From the IMG/VR virus record IMGVR_UViG_3300027728_000010: a stretch of DNA of 64,000 nucleotides. The stretch is one strand, 5' to 3'. Of the stretch, positions 1 to 10,140 are shown piece after piece; position 1 is the first letter of the stretch; every line of letters starts with the position of its first letter. Position numbers and translations under genes: made by a program. This DNA is from an uncultured virus (IMG/VR IMGVR_UViG_3300027728_000010). Taxonomy: Duplodnaviria > Heunggongvirae > Uroviricota > Caudoviricetes. The notes beneath the pieces were generated by a model, which saw only the letters and a program-made list of their open reading frames with translations, searched no databases and was not told where the DNA came from.

Positions 1-1362
1 ATGGCTATTAGATTTACCAATATTTTAAGAGATATAATTCTTGAAAGTTCAAGATTTCAAGTTCTTTTTGACAAATACGTTAAACCAAAGGAAAGAGGGC
101 AAAAAGGAATGATGCCTTTACAAGTATTATTTAAAATTATCGCAGGAGACCCCACATCAAAAATTCCTGATGGCATGACTGAAGATAATGTTACTGCTGA
201 AAAAATGGAGAACGTTAAAATTGGTAAGTACACCCAATGGTTATTGAAAAACTTTGTATCACCAAAAATTGAATTTCAAAGTGTTATTACCGACCCTAAT
301 AGTCCTGCTGTAAAACAAGCAATCAAGGAATGGCAAGATTTGTTTTTAGAAGATTTGTATAAAACAACTCAAGATTTGATGAAGTTTGAAAGAAACAAAA
401 ACAAATTACCACAAGAATATAGAGACATCAATAAACTAACACCACAAACACTTTACGACCAAGTAAAAGATTTTAGTTTAGAAAAAACCAAGGCATCTAA
501 AGAAGAGAAAAAAGAAGCCTCACAAACATATTCACATCCAGGTGCCGATAATGTTACAAGACTTTCTAATTGGACAGTGGTAAAAATTACAAGAACTGAT
601 GATTTAGGTAAAGATGCCGCTTGTTTTTATGGTGGTTCCCACAACGAACCAATTAAAGGTGAAACAAGATGGTGTACATCTTCACCTGGTCTTAGTTATT
701 GGAAATCTTATTTATCAAAAGGACCACTTTATGTTGTTATTCCAAATTCACCAACACCATTTAAAGGCTATGGTAAAGAAGTAGGTGACATATCAGGTTT
801 ACCTGCAAATAGATACCAATTCCATTTCCAAGACAAACAGTTTATGGACGCAGATGACAGGCAAATTGACCTTGTTGAGTTTTTAAAGAAAAATGAAGAT
901 TTGAAAACATATTTCAAACCTGAAATGATGGAAAATATTATGCAAGGTGTTGATAAAAACAAAGCCACTGTTGATTACCCAAGAGACCCAGCATCCAAAT
1001 TTATGGCATTATACGGAACTGAAGAATTTATTAACAGTTTACCTAAAACCATTACAAGACTTGAAATTATAGCTAAAGGTGCAGAATTGAAATTCAAATT
1101 CCCACAAAGTATTGGTGAATTAACAAATCTTACGGCTATCCACTTAGTTGGTTGTGTTGTGTCGTTACCGGATTCAATTTGTAATCTTCAAAAACTACAA
1201 TTCTTGTCTTTACCTGATAACCCAGAGTTACAAAGATTACCTGATTGTATTTCAGAATTACCAAGACTTTCTATTATTAATCTTAAAGGAAGTAATAAAG
1301 ATGCGTTACCTGAAAGTTTACAAAACATTAGTGATGATTCACCATTACATATTTTCTTCTAA
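1..1362 (+). CDS. Phage protein with conserved central domain (AACFYGG/TRWCTS/YQFHF) and C-terminal leucine-rich repeats
   Basis: 453-aa ORF; C-terminal LPxSIxxLxxLxxL repeats are typical LRRs. Confidence 0.7.
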   Translation: MAIRFTNILRDIILESSRFQVLFDKYVKPKERGQKGMMPLQVLFKIIAGDPTSKIPDGMTEDNVTAEKMENVKIGKYTQWLLKNFVSPKIEFQSVITDPNSPAVKQAIKEWQDLFLEDLYKTTQDLMKFERNKNKLPQEYRDINKLTPQTLYDQVKDFSLEKTKASKEEKKEASQTYSHPGADNVTRLSNWTVVKITRTDDLGKDAACFYGGSHNEPIKGETRWCTSSPGLSYWKSYLSKGPLYVVIPNSPTPFKGYGKEVGDISGLPANRYQFHFQDKQFMDADDRQIDLVEFLKKNEDLKTYFKPEMMENIMQGVDKNKATVDYPRDPASKFMALYGTEEFINSLPKTITRLEIIAKGAELKFKFPQSIGELTNLTAIHLVGCVVSLPDSICNLQKLQFLSLPDNPELQRLPDCISELPRLSIINLKGSNKDALPESLQNISDDSPLHIFF

Positions 1363-1401
1363 AAATTTTACATTTAAGAAGAGTTTTATTAACTTTGTCT
1401 T

Positions 1402-1689
1402 ATGAGTAATGTTGATATTGAAATTTATATGACAAATCTTGTCAAGTTTTTTGACAAAAATCCCGAACAATTAAAAATACTTATTGGTGACAATGACAGC
1501 AATATTTTCTTTCAGAAAATAAGAAAAATTGTTGAAACAAATGAAAAGGATGAAAAGGAGTTAGCACCAACAAGAAAACAAATGATAGAAATTATTCTTG
1601 AAGTTCAAAAAAACGCAACCGTCAAAAAGTTAGACAAAATTGTGGGTACATTTATGGACCACCATATGGGTAAAATATCACTTAACTAA
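1402..1689 (+). CDS. hypothetical protein
   Basis: 95-aa ORF after TAACTTTG promoter-like motif. Confidence 0.7.
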   Translation: MSNVDIEIYMTNLVKFFDKNPEQLKILIGDNDSNIFFQKIRKIVETNEKDEKELAPTRKQMIEIILEVQKNATVKKLDKIVGTFMDHHMGKISLN

Positions 1690-1726
1690 TTTTTTTTATT
1701 TTAAAATTATATATACATTTGTAATT

Positions 1727-3442
1727 ATGCTAAAAGTAGAAGGTAAAACATTTCATAAATTTCTTGAAATTAAATCATATAATACAAGAGTTTTCAAAAA
1801 CTATTGTCCTGTAGAACCCGTAGAAAAAGTTGATAATTATGTCACAAAAAAAGAATTAAAATATTTTGATGATTACCAATCTTTTGATGAGGTAGATTAT
1901 GAAAAAAACTATGGTAATTTAATGGCTGACTTATCCTTTCAGAGAAGAAGAATATTTGTTGAAGAAAGTGAAGATTCAATTTCCTTAAAGTCTCAAGTTT
2001 ATACACGTTATAGGATTTTATCAAATAGATATTTTGTTGTTAGAAAACAGACTAACTTTTTGTCATTCAATTTTAAAACAAAAATGTTTTATCTTGGAAC
2101 CTTTAATGGTAAAAACAAAAAGAAAATCGGAACCTCAATGAAAGTAAATCCGACTTGTAATAATATTTTTAATATAACATATGCGTTAAAAATTCACGAA
2201 ACAGTTGACTCACAAAGTTACATATACTTTTTTTTAGGAAAAATTTGGGAAAAGTTAGAACTAAAAAATCCTCAAAACTTCAAAACAAATAACGTTTATT
2301 CATTTTATAGTTTAACAAAATACCTTATACAGGGAGTGAAGTTACCAAATGAATGGATTAAGTTTTCAGGTACTTTTGTTTCTCTTAAAGATTTAAGAAA
2401 AAACAATATGAACCTTGTAGACACATTTATGGGGGCATTAAAAATTAAAGGAAATAAAGCTAAAAAAATGCTGAATGAGATTAAACTTTTAAATTTTGAA
2501 AAAATGATATGCCTTTACCACCTTTTGGGTATTGATAGATTTAACAAACTAAATGAAAAAATTTTCAAAACAAATAACGAAATAAAATTAAACGAGGAAG
2601 AGTCACCATCTGATTGGTATCATCTAACACAACCACATCAGGACAATTATTTGTTTGAAGGTCTAGAACTAACGGATAAAGAAAAAGATAGGATTGTTCT
2701 GTTGTGTGAAAATATGGACAATTATTTGTATTCAACATTATGTGAGCATATTAATTTCAAAAGGAAATTAACAAAACTTGGAGAAAATGTAAAAATGAAA
2801 TTCAACTCAATTCACGAATTCAATGTAGAACATGAAGAATGGAGTAGATTAATTCAGTCTTATAGAACGGGGGAAATTGAAAGATTTTACGGAAATATAG
2901 ATGATTTAGAAAAACCAATAGAACATAAAGGTGAAACCTATTATCCAGTTTTATTGAAAACTTCTTGGGATTACGAAAAAGAATCACAACATCAAAAAAA
3001 TTGTGTAAGAACATATGTTGAAAGGGCTGACAGCATAATTTTTTCAATTAGAAAAGATTCTAAAGATGGGGACGACAGAATTACTGTTGAGTATATATTC
3101 AGGAGTGATGAAGTATTGAATGTTCAAGAAAGAGCTAAATACAACTACCAACCATCATTAGAATTTTCAGAAGTTGCAAACATTCAATTGGCAAATATCA
3201 ACCTACTTTATAAGTTAGGTACTTTAAAACTACCTAAAATGGTTAAAAAGTATAGAAACGGAAAAGTTGTTGAACAAGTTTCTACATTCAAAAGTTCTGA
3301 ACATTTAGGGACAAGAATAGTTGCTTTAATGCCAAGATGGGAAAATGAAACAGAAGAATTTAGTACTTGGCAACATCAAATTTTAGATGAACAATATTTA
3401 CAATTAGAAGGCAACAATTTTTTTGAAGATTTACTTCCTTAA
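1727..3442 (+). CDS. PcfJ-like domain protein
   Basis: C-terminal LLKTxxDYEKESxHQKNCVRTY...RITVEY motif resembles PcfJ family; start moved to ATG 1727 downstream of TACATTTG. Confidence 0.6.
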   Translation: MLKVEGKTFHKFLEIKSYNTRVFKNYCPVEPVEKVDNYVTKKELKYFDDYQSFDEVDYEKNYGNLMADLSFQRRRIFVEESEDSISLKSQVYTRYRILSNRYFVVRKQTNFLSFNFKTKMFYLGTFNGKNKKKIGTSMKVNPTCNNIFNITYALKIHETVDSQSYIYFFLGKIWEKLELKNPQNFKTNNVYSFYSLTKYLIQGVKLPNEWIKFSGTFVSLKDLRKNNMNLVDTFMGALKIKGNKAKKMLNEIKLLNFEKMICLYHLLGIDRFNKLNEKIFKTNNEIKLNEEESPSDWYHLTQPHQDNYLFEGLELTDKEKDRIVLLCENMDNYLYSTLCEHINFKRKLTKLGENVKMKFNSIHEFNVEHEEWSRLIQSYRTGEIERFYGNIDDLEKPIEHKGETYYPVLLKTSWDYEKESQHQKNCVRTYVERADSIIFSIRKDSKDGDDRITVEYIFRSDEVLNVQERAKYNYQPSLEFSEVANIQLANINLLYKLGTLKLPKMVKKYRNGKVVEQVSTFKSSEHLGTRIVALMPRWENETEEFSTWQHQILDEQYLQLEGNNFFEDLLP

Positions 3443-3462
3443 ATGACTTATTATTTTTTACT

Positions 3463-3804
3463 ATGGAAAAAGAAGAATTTGTTCCAGAATATGTTTATGA
3501 CATTTTTAAATCATTGTTTGAAAACAATTTGAGACCAAATTGTGTTAGAACAAAAAATATAACAAACGAAGGTTTAAATCAGTTAATAACTAAAGGAAAT
3601 CTTATTTGGTCTAATTCGGTATATGATACAAAACATCAGTATATTGAAGGCACCATTAGGTGGAGTAAACATGAGATTTTAATTTTTTTCCAAAAAAATA
3701 AAAATGAAATGACCTATAAAATAAATATCTTGACAGATAACGTATCCAAAATAGATATTTTATTATTAGGTTTAAATAAATATTTTACAATAGATAGTAT
3801 ATGA
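3463..3804 (+). CDS. hypothetical protein
   Basis: 113-aa ORF, coupled to next gene. Confidence 0.65.
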   Translation: MEKEEFVPEYVYDIFKSLFENNLRPNCVRTKNITNEGLNQLITKGNLIWSNSVYDTKHQYIEGTIRWSKHEILIFFQKNKNEMTYKINILTDNVSKIDILLLGLNKYFTIDSI

Positions 3805-4091
3805 AAGTAGTAATTTTATTTAGTATGAAAAGTTGTCCTCATTGTGTTCATATTAAAGAGTTGTTTGATGAACACAACATACCTTATGTGGATAGAGATA
3901 TTTACGAATATGAAGAGGAGTATGGAGCGTTTGCTGAAGCTAAAAATAATGAATATGTTCCGGCACTTATGTTAATGACATTGGAAGAAAATAATGAAGA
4001 TTATTCAAACGTTAAACTTTTAGCCCCTGATGACGACTACGAAGGCGTAACAGAGGCTTTAGAGTTGGTCCGTAAATATTTGTCAGAATAA
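3801..4091 (+). CDS. glutaredoxin/NrdH-like redoxin
   Basis: N-terminal CPHC motif and downstream YVP cis-Pro motif. Confidence 0.85.
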   Translation: MKVVILFSMKSCPHCVHIKELFDEHNIPYVDRDIYEYEEEYGAFAEAKNNEYVPALMLMTLEENNEDYSNVKLLAPDDDYEGVTEALELVRKYLSE

Positions 4092-4934
4092 TATAAGTTC
4101 ATTAATTAAATTAAGTTCTTTAGTTTTTGTTTCTAAATTTTCTTCAGTGAAAGTATTAAGTAATGAACCTGAATCAAATGGGAATACATCTAAAACTAAA
4201 GACTCTAACCATTCTGTTTTAACAATATGGTCATTATTTGATATTTTAAAAATAATATTTTCTGAATTAATATCTTTAAAATTTTCATCACTATACATAC
4301 AAAATTTTAATTTATTAGATATTGATTTATTAAATAAATGATTTGATATGTAGTCACCTAAAAAATAATATAATTTTTCACTTCCAAAAGATAAACCATA
4401 TTTTTTATCTGAACTGTATTCTATATTATCAAAATTATACTTAATTAACTTATATTCAGGATACTTTAAATTTAACTTTTCAACAAATAAGGACTCACTA
4501 TTATTTGCTTGATAAAACATTATTTTATTTTTTAAATCTAACTTTAAGTTTACTTTGATTCCATTATTGAAAAATTCATCCACTAATAAACATAGTTCCT
4601 TTTGAATACTATCATAATTTTTATTGTAATTAAAATTAATGTTTAGTGGATTTACAACTAAAACATCCACAAATTTGATAATATCAATTACTTTGATAGT
4701 TTCATACATCTTATCATTAAAATTTTTGAGATAATTTTTGAATAAGTCTGCAATGTTTATTGTTTTAGTTGAGGTTGTAAAACCATTCACAATAAAAAAA
4801 CTCCTGTGGTTAAATACTGTTATTTCAGTTTTACACCCAGGAGTTGTTTCTTCAAATTTTTTTACAAGTAAATCCGCTAAAGCATTACATAATCTTTTTC
4901 CATCTAATGGATTGTTGATTTCTATTTGTGACAT
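4083..4934 (-). CDS. divergent S-adenosylmethionine synthetase (MetK)-like protein, probably non-catalytic
   Basis: N-terminus (KRLCNALADLL...FIVNGFTTS...INIADL) parallels MetK HPDKICDQISDAIL...LVAGEITT; GHPDK and GGGAFSGKD motifs not conserved. Confidence 0.45.
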   Translation of the reverse strand: MSQIEINNPLDGKRLCNALADLLVKKFEETTPGCKTEITVFNHRSFFIVNGFTTSTKTINIADLFKNYLKNFNDKMYETIKVIDIIKFVDVLVVNPLNINFNYNKNYDSIQKELCLLVDEFFNNGIKVNLKLDLKNKIMFYQANNSESLFVEKLNLKYPEYKLIKYNFDNIEYSSDKKYGLSFGSEKLYYFLGDYISNHLFNKSISNKLKFCMYSDENFKDINSENIIFKISNNDHIVKTEWLESLVLDVFPFDSGSLLNTFTEENLETKTKELNLINELILF

Positions 4935-4997
4935 TTTTAATATTTAACTTTTTATTTTTACAATCTTATGTAAAAAAAAAATTAAGTTAAATACTAA

Positions 4998-5144
4998 TTA
5001 CTTTTTGTTGTAATACTTTTCAACAATTTTTGTTACGGCACTTTTAACAGTTTGTGTTGTTTGTTGTGCTTGTGTTTGAGTTTGTTGAGTTTGTGTTTGA
5101 GTTTGTGTTTGTTGTTGATTGTTTTTACATCCGCATCCTGCCAT
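4998..5144 (-). CDS. small protein MAGCGCK... with Gln/Thr repeat (48 aa)
   Basis: ORF read manually; TATTTAT motif upstream on the minus strand; below ORF-track cutoff. Confidence 0.7.
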   Translation of the reverse strand: MAGCGCKNNQQQTQTQTQTQQTQTQAQQTTQTVKSAVTKIVEKYYNKK

Positions 5145-5248
5145 GGTTATAATTTTTAATTAGTTTATTTTATTATAAATATCTTTGTTTAAAACTTTAA
5201 ATCATTTTTTGAATTAATCAATTCTTTTTTTTGTAATATTTATAAAAT

Positions 5249-6448
5249 ATGTCATATAAAAATATTATCAGAAATATAATTTTAGAAAACGAGCAAGATG
5301 AAGTAATTATTTCACCTAGCGAATTTTTAGAACTATTGAAGTATGTGAATGATGATGTTGCAAATATTCTTAGATTACCTCAATATAGAAACAAAAAAAT
5401 TATAATTGACGGAAATTTGAATCTTAATAACAATAAAGACATTCAAAATCTTAATTTAATATCAAAGATAAATGGTGATTTAGATATATCATATTCTAAC
5501 GTTGACGTTTTTGACAAAGATAAAGCTAAAAGTATTATAGACTATGGAAGTAGAAGAGAAATTATTAGAAAACAAAAAGAACTACAAAAAAGACTCAATT
5601 ATTTAGACCAATTAAGAAAAGAAGACGCTTGGAATATAAATAATAAAAAATTAATATCTTACCAAACAGAAGCTTTATATGAATACTTAGAAAATAATAA
5701 CTACCCCCAAGAAATTGAAGAAGACGGTGAAATAGTTTTGGAAGACAAATATAACTTATATCCTAACAATTATAACCATTATGGTGGTAAATCATTTACG
5801 TGGTTAGGAGAAGAAGGTATGGAAAATGAATACATAGTTTTTGATTCAAGAACAATTGAACAAAATGCTCGAGAAGCTATTGAATCTAGAATTGATGAAT
5901 TAGGTTATGATGCATTTGCAAATTGGGTATGGGAAGACCACCTTGATTCAGAAAGGGTTAGAGACTGGTTACGATGGTATATAGAAGGACCTATGTATGA
6001 TAGTCCTGAAGATTTTGGATTAGAAGAAAAACTTACAAAAGAACAAGAAAATTATATTAGAATCTATGAAGAAAAAATGTCTAAACTACAATACAGAATT
6101 GATAACGAAGATTTGGATGAAGAGACTGAAAACAGTTTGGAAGAAGAAATATCTGATTTAGAAGAACTTATTGAAGACATCAAAGAAAATCCAAAAGGTG
6201 ATTTTGACGAAAATGAAATTGAAGAGGCTATTGAAATGTGGGTAGATAATAATGAAGATGAATTTTTATCTTATTTTAAAGAAACTGGTCTTGATAAGAG
6301 TGATATTTTGGATTATGTCGACCAAGGAGATGTTATTAATTTTATAATTAACCATGATAGTTGGGGTAATATATTTGGAAGTTATGATGGTGACCACGAC
6401 GAATTAAATGTAAATGGACTTGATTTTATTATTATTAGATACGACTAA
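5249..6448 (+). CDS. acidic phage protein, IIRNIILE leader
   Basis: 399-aa very acidic ORF with TATTTATA upstream. Confidence 0.75.
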   Translation: MSYKNIIRNIILENEQDEVIISPSEFLELLKYVNDDVANILRLPQYRNKKIIIDGNLNLNNNKDIQNLNLISKINGDLDISYSNVDVFDKDKAKSIIDYGSRREIIRKQKELQKRLNYLDQLRKEDAWNINNKKLISYQTEALYEYLENNNYPQEIEEDGEIVLEDKYNLYPNNYNHYGGKSFTWLGEEGMENEYIVFDSRTIEQNAREAIESRIDELGYDAFANWVWEDHLDSERVRDWLRWYIEGPMYDSPEDFGLEEKLTKEQENYIRIYEEKMSKLQYRIDNEDLDEETENSLEEEISDLEELIEDIKENPKGDFDENEIEEAIEMWVDNNEDEFLSYFKETGLDKSDILDYVDQGDVINFIINHDSWGNIFGSYDGDHDELNVNGLDFIIIRYD

Positions 6449-6488
6449 TTTATTTACAGGTTAGAAACTTTTTCTTACATTTTTTAGT

Positions 6489-7241
6489 ATGGATACAAAT
6501 TGGCCGTTTCAAGAACCTATTGATTTAGAACACAAACAATACATCTTATTAAGTTATCTACAAAAAATAGATAAAGACCTATCCAACTTTAAGTTATACC
6601 CAAATTTTCAATTCTTGTCGCTTCATTTGGCAAACATAAATTTGATGATTCAAAAAGGTCAGTTTTTAATGCTCACCAAAAAAATAAAAGAAAAAGATGA
6701 AGAAATACTAATTTCAGATTTAGTAGCCCAAGACATTCCATTAATGACCCAAGAAGACATTTTAGAGGTCTATAGGATTTGTAAATTTTCATCACAAAAA
6801 TTACAAGAATTTTTTGACCAAGCAAAAGCAATTTGGGAATTGGTTAACGATGCCGTATCACTTACAGTTATTAGCAATCAAAAAAGTTTTGATAAAAAAG
6901 AAGGTTTATTTATTATTGAAAATAATGGCAAAAACTTTTTATATGAATTCATTATAAAAGAAATCAAAAAAAATACTTTAGATTTAAAATGTCAAGTTAA
7001 AAAAATATGTGAAGTTAAGGATAACAACTTATCACCTGAATTGTTTGAAAATAGAAAATCATTAATTAAAAATCTACAGGACCCGTTAATCCACAAAAAT
7101 ATAATTGTTTTTAAAGTTAATCACGATAATAACTTCCCATTTAACGAAACTCTTCTTCCAATATCAAAAAGAAAAATATTAAATTATATACAACAATCCA
7201 AAATATTAAGTAAACCTAGTTTGACAAAAAGTCGCGAATAA
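6489..7241 (+). CDS. conserved hypothetical protein (PIDLEHKQYILLSYLQ)
   Basis: 250-aa ORF. Confidence 0.7.
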   Translation: MDTNWPFQEPIDLEHKQYILLSYLQKIDKDLSNFKLYPNFQFLSLHLANINLMIQKGQFLMLTKKIKEKDEEILISDLVAQDIPLMTQEDILEVYRICKFSSQKLQEFFDQAKAIWELVNDAVSLTVISNQKSFDKKEGLFIIENNGKNFLYEFIIKEIKKNTLDLKCQVKKICEVKDNNLSPELFENRKSLIKNLQDPLIHKNIIVFKVNHDNNFPFNETLLPISKRKILNYIQQSKILSKPSLTKSRE

Positions 7242-7373
7242 TTTATATTTCTAATATGAAAAAAAAAGAATTAGTTAAAGAAATAAAAAATTTAATAAAA
7301 AAATACCCTAACGATACAGAGTTAGGTAATCAAGTTAGAAAGTTATATTTAACCATTAAAGAAAAAAAACAAA

Positions 7374-7556
7374 ATGGGGTTTAATAAAAGAGTATTAAAA
7401 AAAGAAAATATACTTAATAATCTACATAATCTTGAAAACTACTTAAAAGCGGATGCTATTGTGTGTACCGACAATTTTTCTATGCAAGTCTATAACTTGT
7501 ATAAAAAAGGAGTAAAAAAAGAACAAATAATAAATTACATAAATAAAATAAAATGA
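7374..7556 (+). CDS. small hypothetical protein
   Basis: 60-aa ORF overlapping GS start (ATGA-type coupling). Confidence 0.6.
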   Translation: MGFNKRVLKKENILNNLHNLENYLKADAIVCTDNFSMQVYNLYKKGVKKEQIINYINKIK

Positions 7557-8674
7557 AAGTTACATTAGAATATGTGTGGTTGGATGGTTATTTACCTGAA
7601 CCTAACCTCAGAAGTAAAGTTAAAGTTGAAGAAATGGATTTAAACTCCATTGAGTTTAAATTTCCTGAATGGGGGTTTGATGGGTCATCTACAATGCAAG
7701 CTGACACTGAAAACTCAGATAGGATTCTTAAACCTGTGAAATATTACTCACAAAAAAGTTTTCCTTTGGAAAATAGTAGAGTTTATGTTTTATGTGAAGT
7801 TGTAAATCCTGACGGGACACCACACGAATCAAATATGAGGTCAAAAATAGAAGACCAAAGTGATGTTTGGTTTGGATTTGAACAAGAATACTTTATTAAA
7901 AACCAAAAAACAAATGAATTTTTAGGACACGATACTGGTTTTAGATTAGACCCTCAAGGTAAATACTATTGTGGTGTTGGTCACAATGTTGTTGGTCGTA
8001 GTTTTGCCGAAGAACATATGCGTTTATGTATGTTATATGGTATGGAAATTACCGGTATAAATGCGGAAGTTGCTCTTGGACAATGGGAGTATCAAATATT
8101 TTCAAAAGGTAGTTTAAATGCTGCGGACGATTTATGGATGAGTAGATATTTCTTGTACAGATTGTCTGAAAACTTTAACTATGAAATTGTATTACATCCA
8201 AAACCAATTACTGGTGATTGGAATGGTTCAGGAATGCATACAAACTTTTCAAATGAAAGAATGAGAAGTTTAGGTGGGTACGAATACTTCCAATCTATTT
8301 TTAATACGTTTGGTTCAAGACACGAAGACCATATAAAAGAATATGGTTCAAATAATAATATGAGATTAACCGGTAAACACGAAACACAAAATATTGATAA
8401 GTTTTCATACGGTGTTGGGGATAGAGGCTCATCAATTAGAATTCCTAAAACAACTGCTGAAAATTGGAGAGGTTATTTAGAAGATAGAAGACCAGCATCA
8501 AATGCCGATTCTTATAGAGTTGTTAATCAAGTTTTAAAATCTTTAAATACTGCTGAAGAACTTATGGAAATAACAATGAAAATGAATTCTAAAGTTGATA
8601 TTAAAAATATTGATGGTAAATACGGAACAAGACCGGCTGATGAATTATTAAAAGAATATAGAGAAGAGGAATAA
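7553..8674 (+). CDS. glnII: glutamine synthetase, GSII type
   Basis: LEYVWLDG, WGFDGSST, FGFEQEY, GINAEV..GQWEYQI, HPKP..DWNGSGMHTNFS, RLTGKHET, YLEDRRPASN motifs. Confidence 0.95.
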   Translation: MKVTLEYVWLDGYLPEPNLRSKVKVEEMDLNSIEFKFPEWGFDGSSTMQADTENSDRILKPVKYYSQKSFPLENSRVYVLCEVVNPDGTPHESNMRSKIEDQSDVWFGFEQEYFIKNQKTNEFLGHDTGFRLDPQGKYYCGVGHNVVGRSFAEEHMRLCMLYGMEITGINAEVALGQWEYQIFSKGSLNAADDLWMSRYFLYRLSENFNYEIVLHPKPITGDWNGSGMHTNFSNERMRSLGGYEYFQSIFNTFGSRHEDHIKEYGSNNNMRLTGKHETQNIDKFSYGVGDRGSSIRIPKTTAENWRGYLEDRRPASNADSYRVVNQVLKSLNTAEELMEITMKMNSKVDIKNIDGKYGTRPADELLKEYREEE

Positions 8675-8909
8675 TGGAACAAGTTAATCACCCTGAACAC
8701 TACGGAGGGAAGAAAATACATATGAAGCAATCAAAGTAATTGATGCTTGGGAATTAGGATTTAGTTTAGGAAACACAGTAAAATATATATCACGTGCAGG
8801 AAAAAAAAGAAAAGATAAAGAACTTGAGGACCTCAGAAAAGCTCTCTGGTACCTCGAACACCACATCGAAACAATCGAACAAAAAATCAAGTCTGAATCG
8901 AGAGATTAA
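8674..8909 (+). pseudogene. DUF3310 (T7 gp1.7/SaV-like) protein with a single-base frameshift near 8709
   Basis: VNHPEHYGG in one frame, then EAIKVIDAWELGFSLGNTVKYISRAGKK...EDLRKALWYL in the -1 frame. Confidence 0.75.
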
Positions 8910-9189
8910 TGTCTTAGATGCAATAACAACACCAAACGAATTACTTCGAGAAACTCTAATAAATTTTATGTGGGGGGTTTTAGGAAACTCAGTTGTTGTA
9001 TTTGTTGCAAAAGAACTGGACTTTATGGTTTTAATCAACTATATTGTTTATTACATACTCATTTCTTATATTGTAAATAGGAAAAAGTATGACACAATAT
9101 TAGGTAAATTTATAGTATTACCTGGCTCAGCGGCGGCAGGAGCATTTACAGGTTATAAATTGGCACAAATAATAGTTAATATGGTATAA
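8794..9189 (+). CDS. membrane protein (about 3 TM segments); start uncertain
   Basis: hydrophobic C-terminal half. Confidence 0.6.
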   Translation: MQEKKEKIKNLRTSEKLSGTSNTTSKQSNKKSSLNREINVLDAITTPNELLRETLINFMWGVLGNSVVVFVAKELDFMVLINYIVYYILISYIVNRKKYDTILGKFIVLPGSAAAGAFTGYKLAQIIVNMV

Positions 9190-9291
9190 AAATGAAAACA
9201 AGATATAGAATAGTAGCAACAACAATTACCATAGTTTGGTTGACAATGGTATGGACATTAGTTTATGAAGTAGTAAAAATGATATTTTAAA

Positions 9292-10140
9292 ATGATAGAA
9301 ACAGGAAAAATAATAAATGGGGATTGTGTTGAAGTAATGAAAATACTTCCTGAAAATTCAATAGATTTAGTTTTAACCAGCCCGCCATATTCAGTTAACA
9401 TTAATTATGATGTTTACGATGATAATACAAATTTGGAAGAATACCTTGAATTTTCCAAGAAATGGTTAGAACAGGCTTTTAGAGTTTTAAAAGATGATGG
9501 TAGAATTTGCGTAAATATCCCATTCGAGATTAATTTGAAAGACCGAGGTGGCCGAGTTTTTATAGTTTCTGAAATATGGAACGTAATGAAATCTATAGGA
9601 TTTAAATGGTTCGGTCTTGTGGATTTAGTTGAAGATTCTCCACATAGAAGTAAGACTACCGCTTGGGGTTCATGGATGAATTGTAGTCAACCATACATAT
9701 ATAACCCGAAAGAGTGTTTGATACTAGCTTATAAAAATAGTCCAAAAAAATTGACCAAAGGACAACCGCAATGGACAGGAGTCCCAACTGATATTGAACA
9801 AGAAGACGGAACCTTTAAGAAAAAAGTGGTGTATGAAGAACAAGATAAGAAAGAGTTTATGGAACTTGTGTTTGGTCAGTGGAATTACTTTGCAGATACT
9901 AAGTCACTCACCAAGGCTACGTTCTCGATGGACATACCAACTAAGGCGATTAAGATATTATCCTACAAAAACGATATAGTATTAGACCCCTTCGCAGGAA
10001 GTGGTACCAGTTTGGTGGCGGCTGAAGTTTTAGGTAGAAGATGGTTAGGAATAGAACTATCACCAAACTATTGTGAAGTTGCAAAAACAAGAGTTGAATA
10101 TTTTAAAACAATAAAAGAAATTAAAAACGAAAAGCTATAA
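9292..10140 (+). CDS. DNA methyltransferase, N4-C/N6-A beta class
   Basis: TSPPY motif IV precedes DPFAGSGT motif I. Confidence 0.93.
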   Translation: MIETGKIINGDCVEVMKILPENSIDLVLTSPPYSVNINYDVYDDNTNLEEYLEFSKKWLEQAFRVLKDDGRICVNIPFEINLKDRGGRVFIVSEIWNVMKSIGFKWFGLVDLVEDSPHRSKTTAWGSWMNCSQPYIYNPKECLILAYKNSPKKLTKGQPQWTGVPTDIEQEDGTFKKKVVYEEQDKKEFMELVFGQWNYFADTKSLTKATFSMDIPTKAIKILSYKNDIVLDPFAGSGTSLVAAEVLGRRWLGIELSPNYCEVAKTRVEYFKTIKEIKNEKL

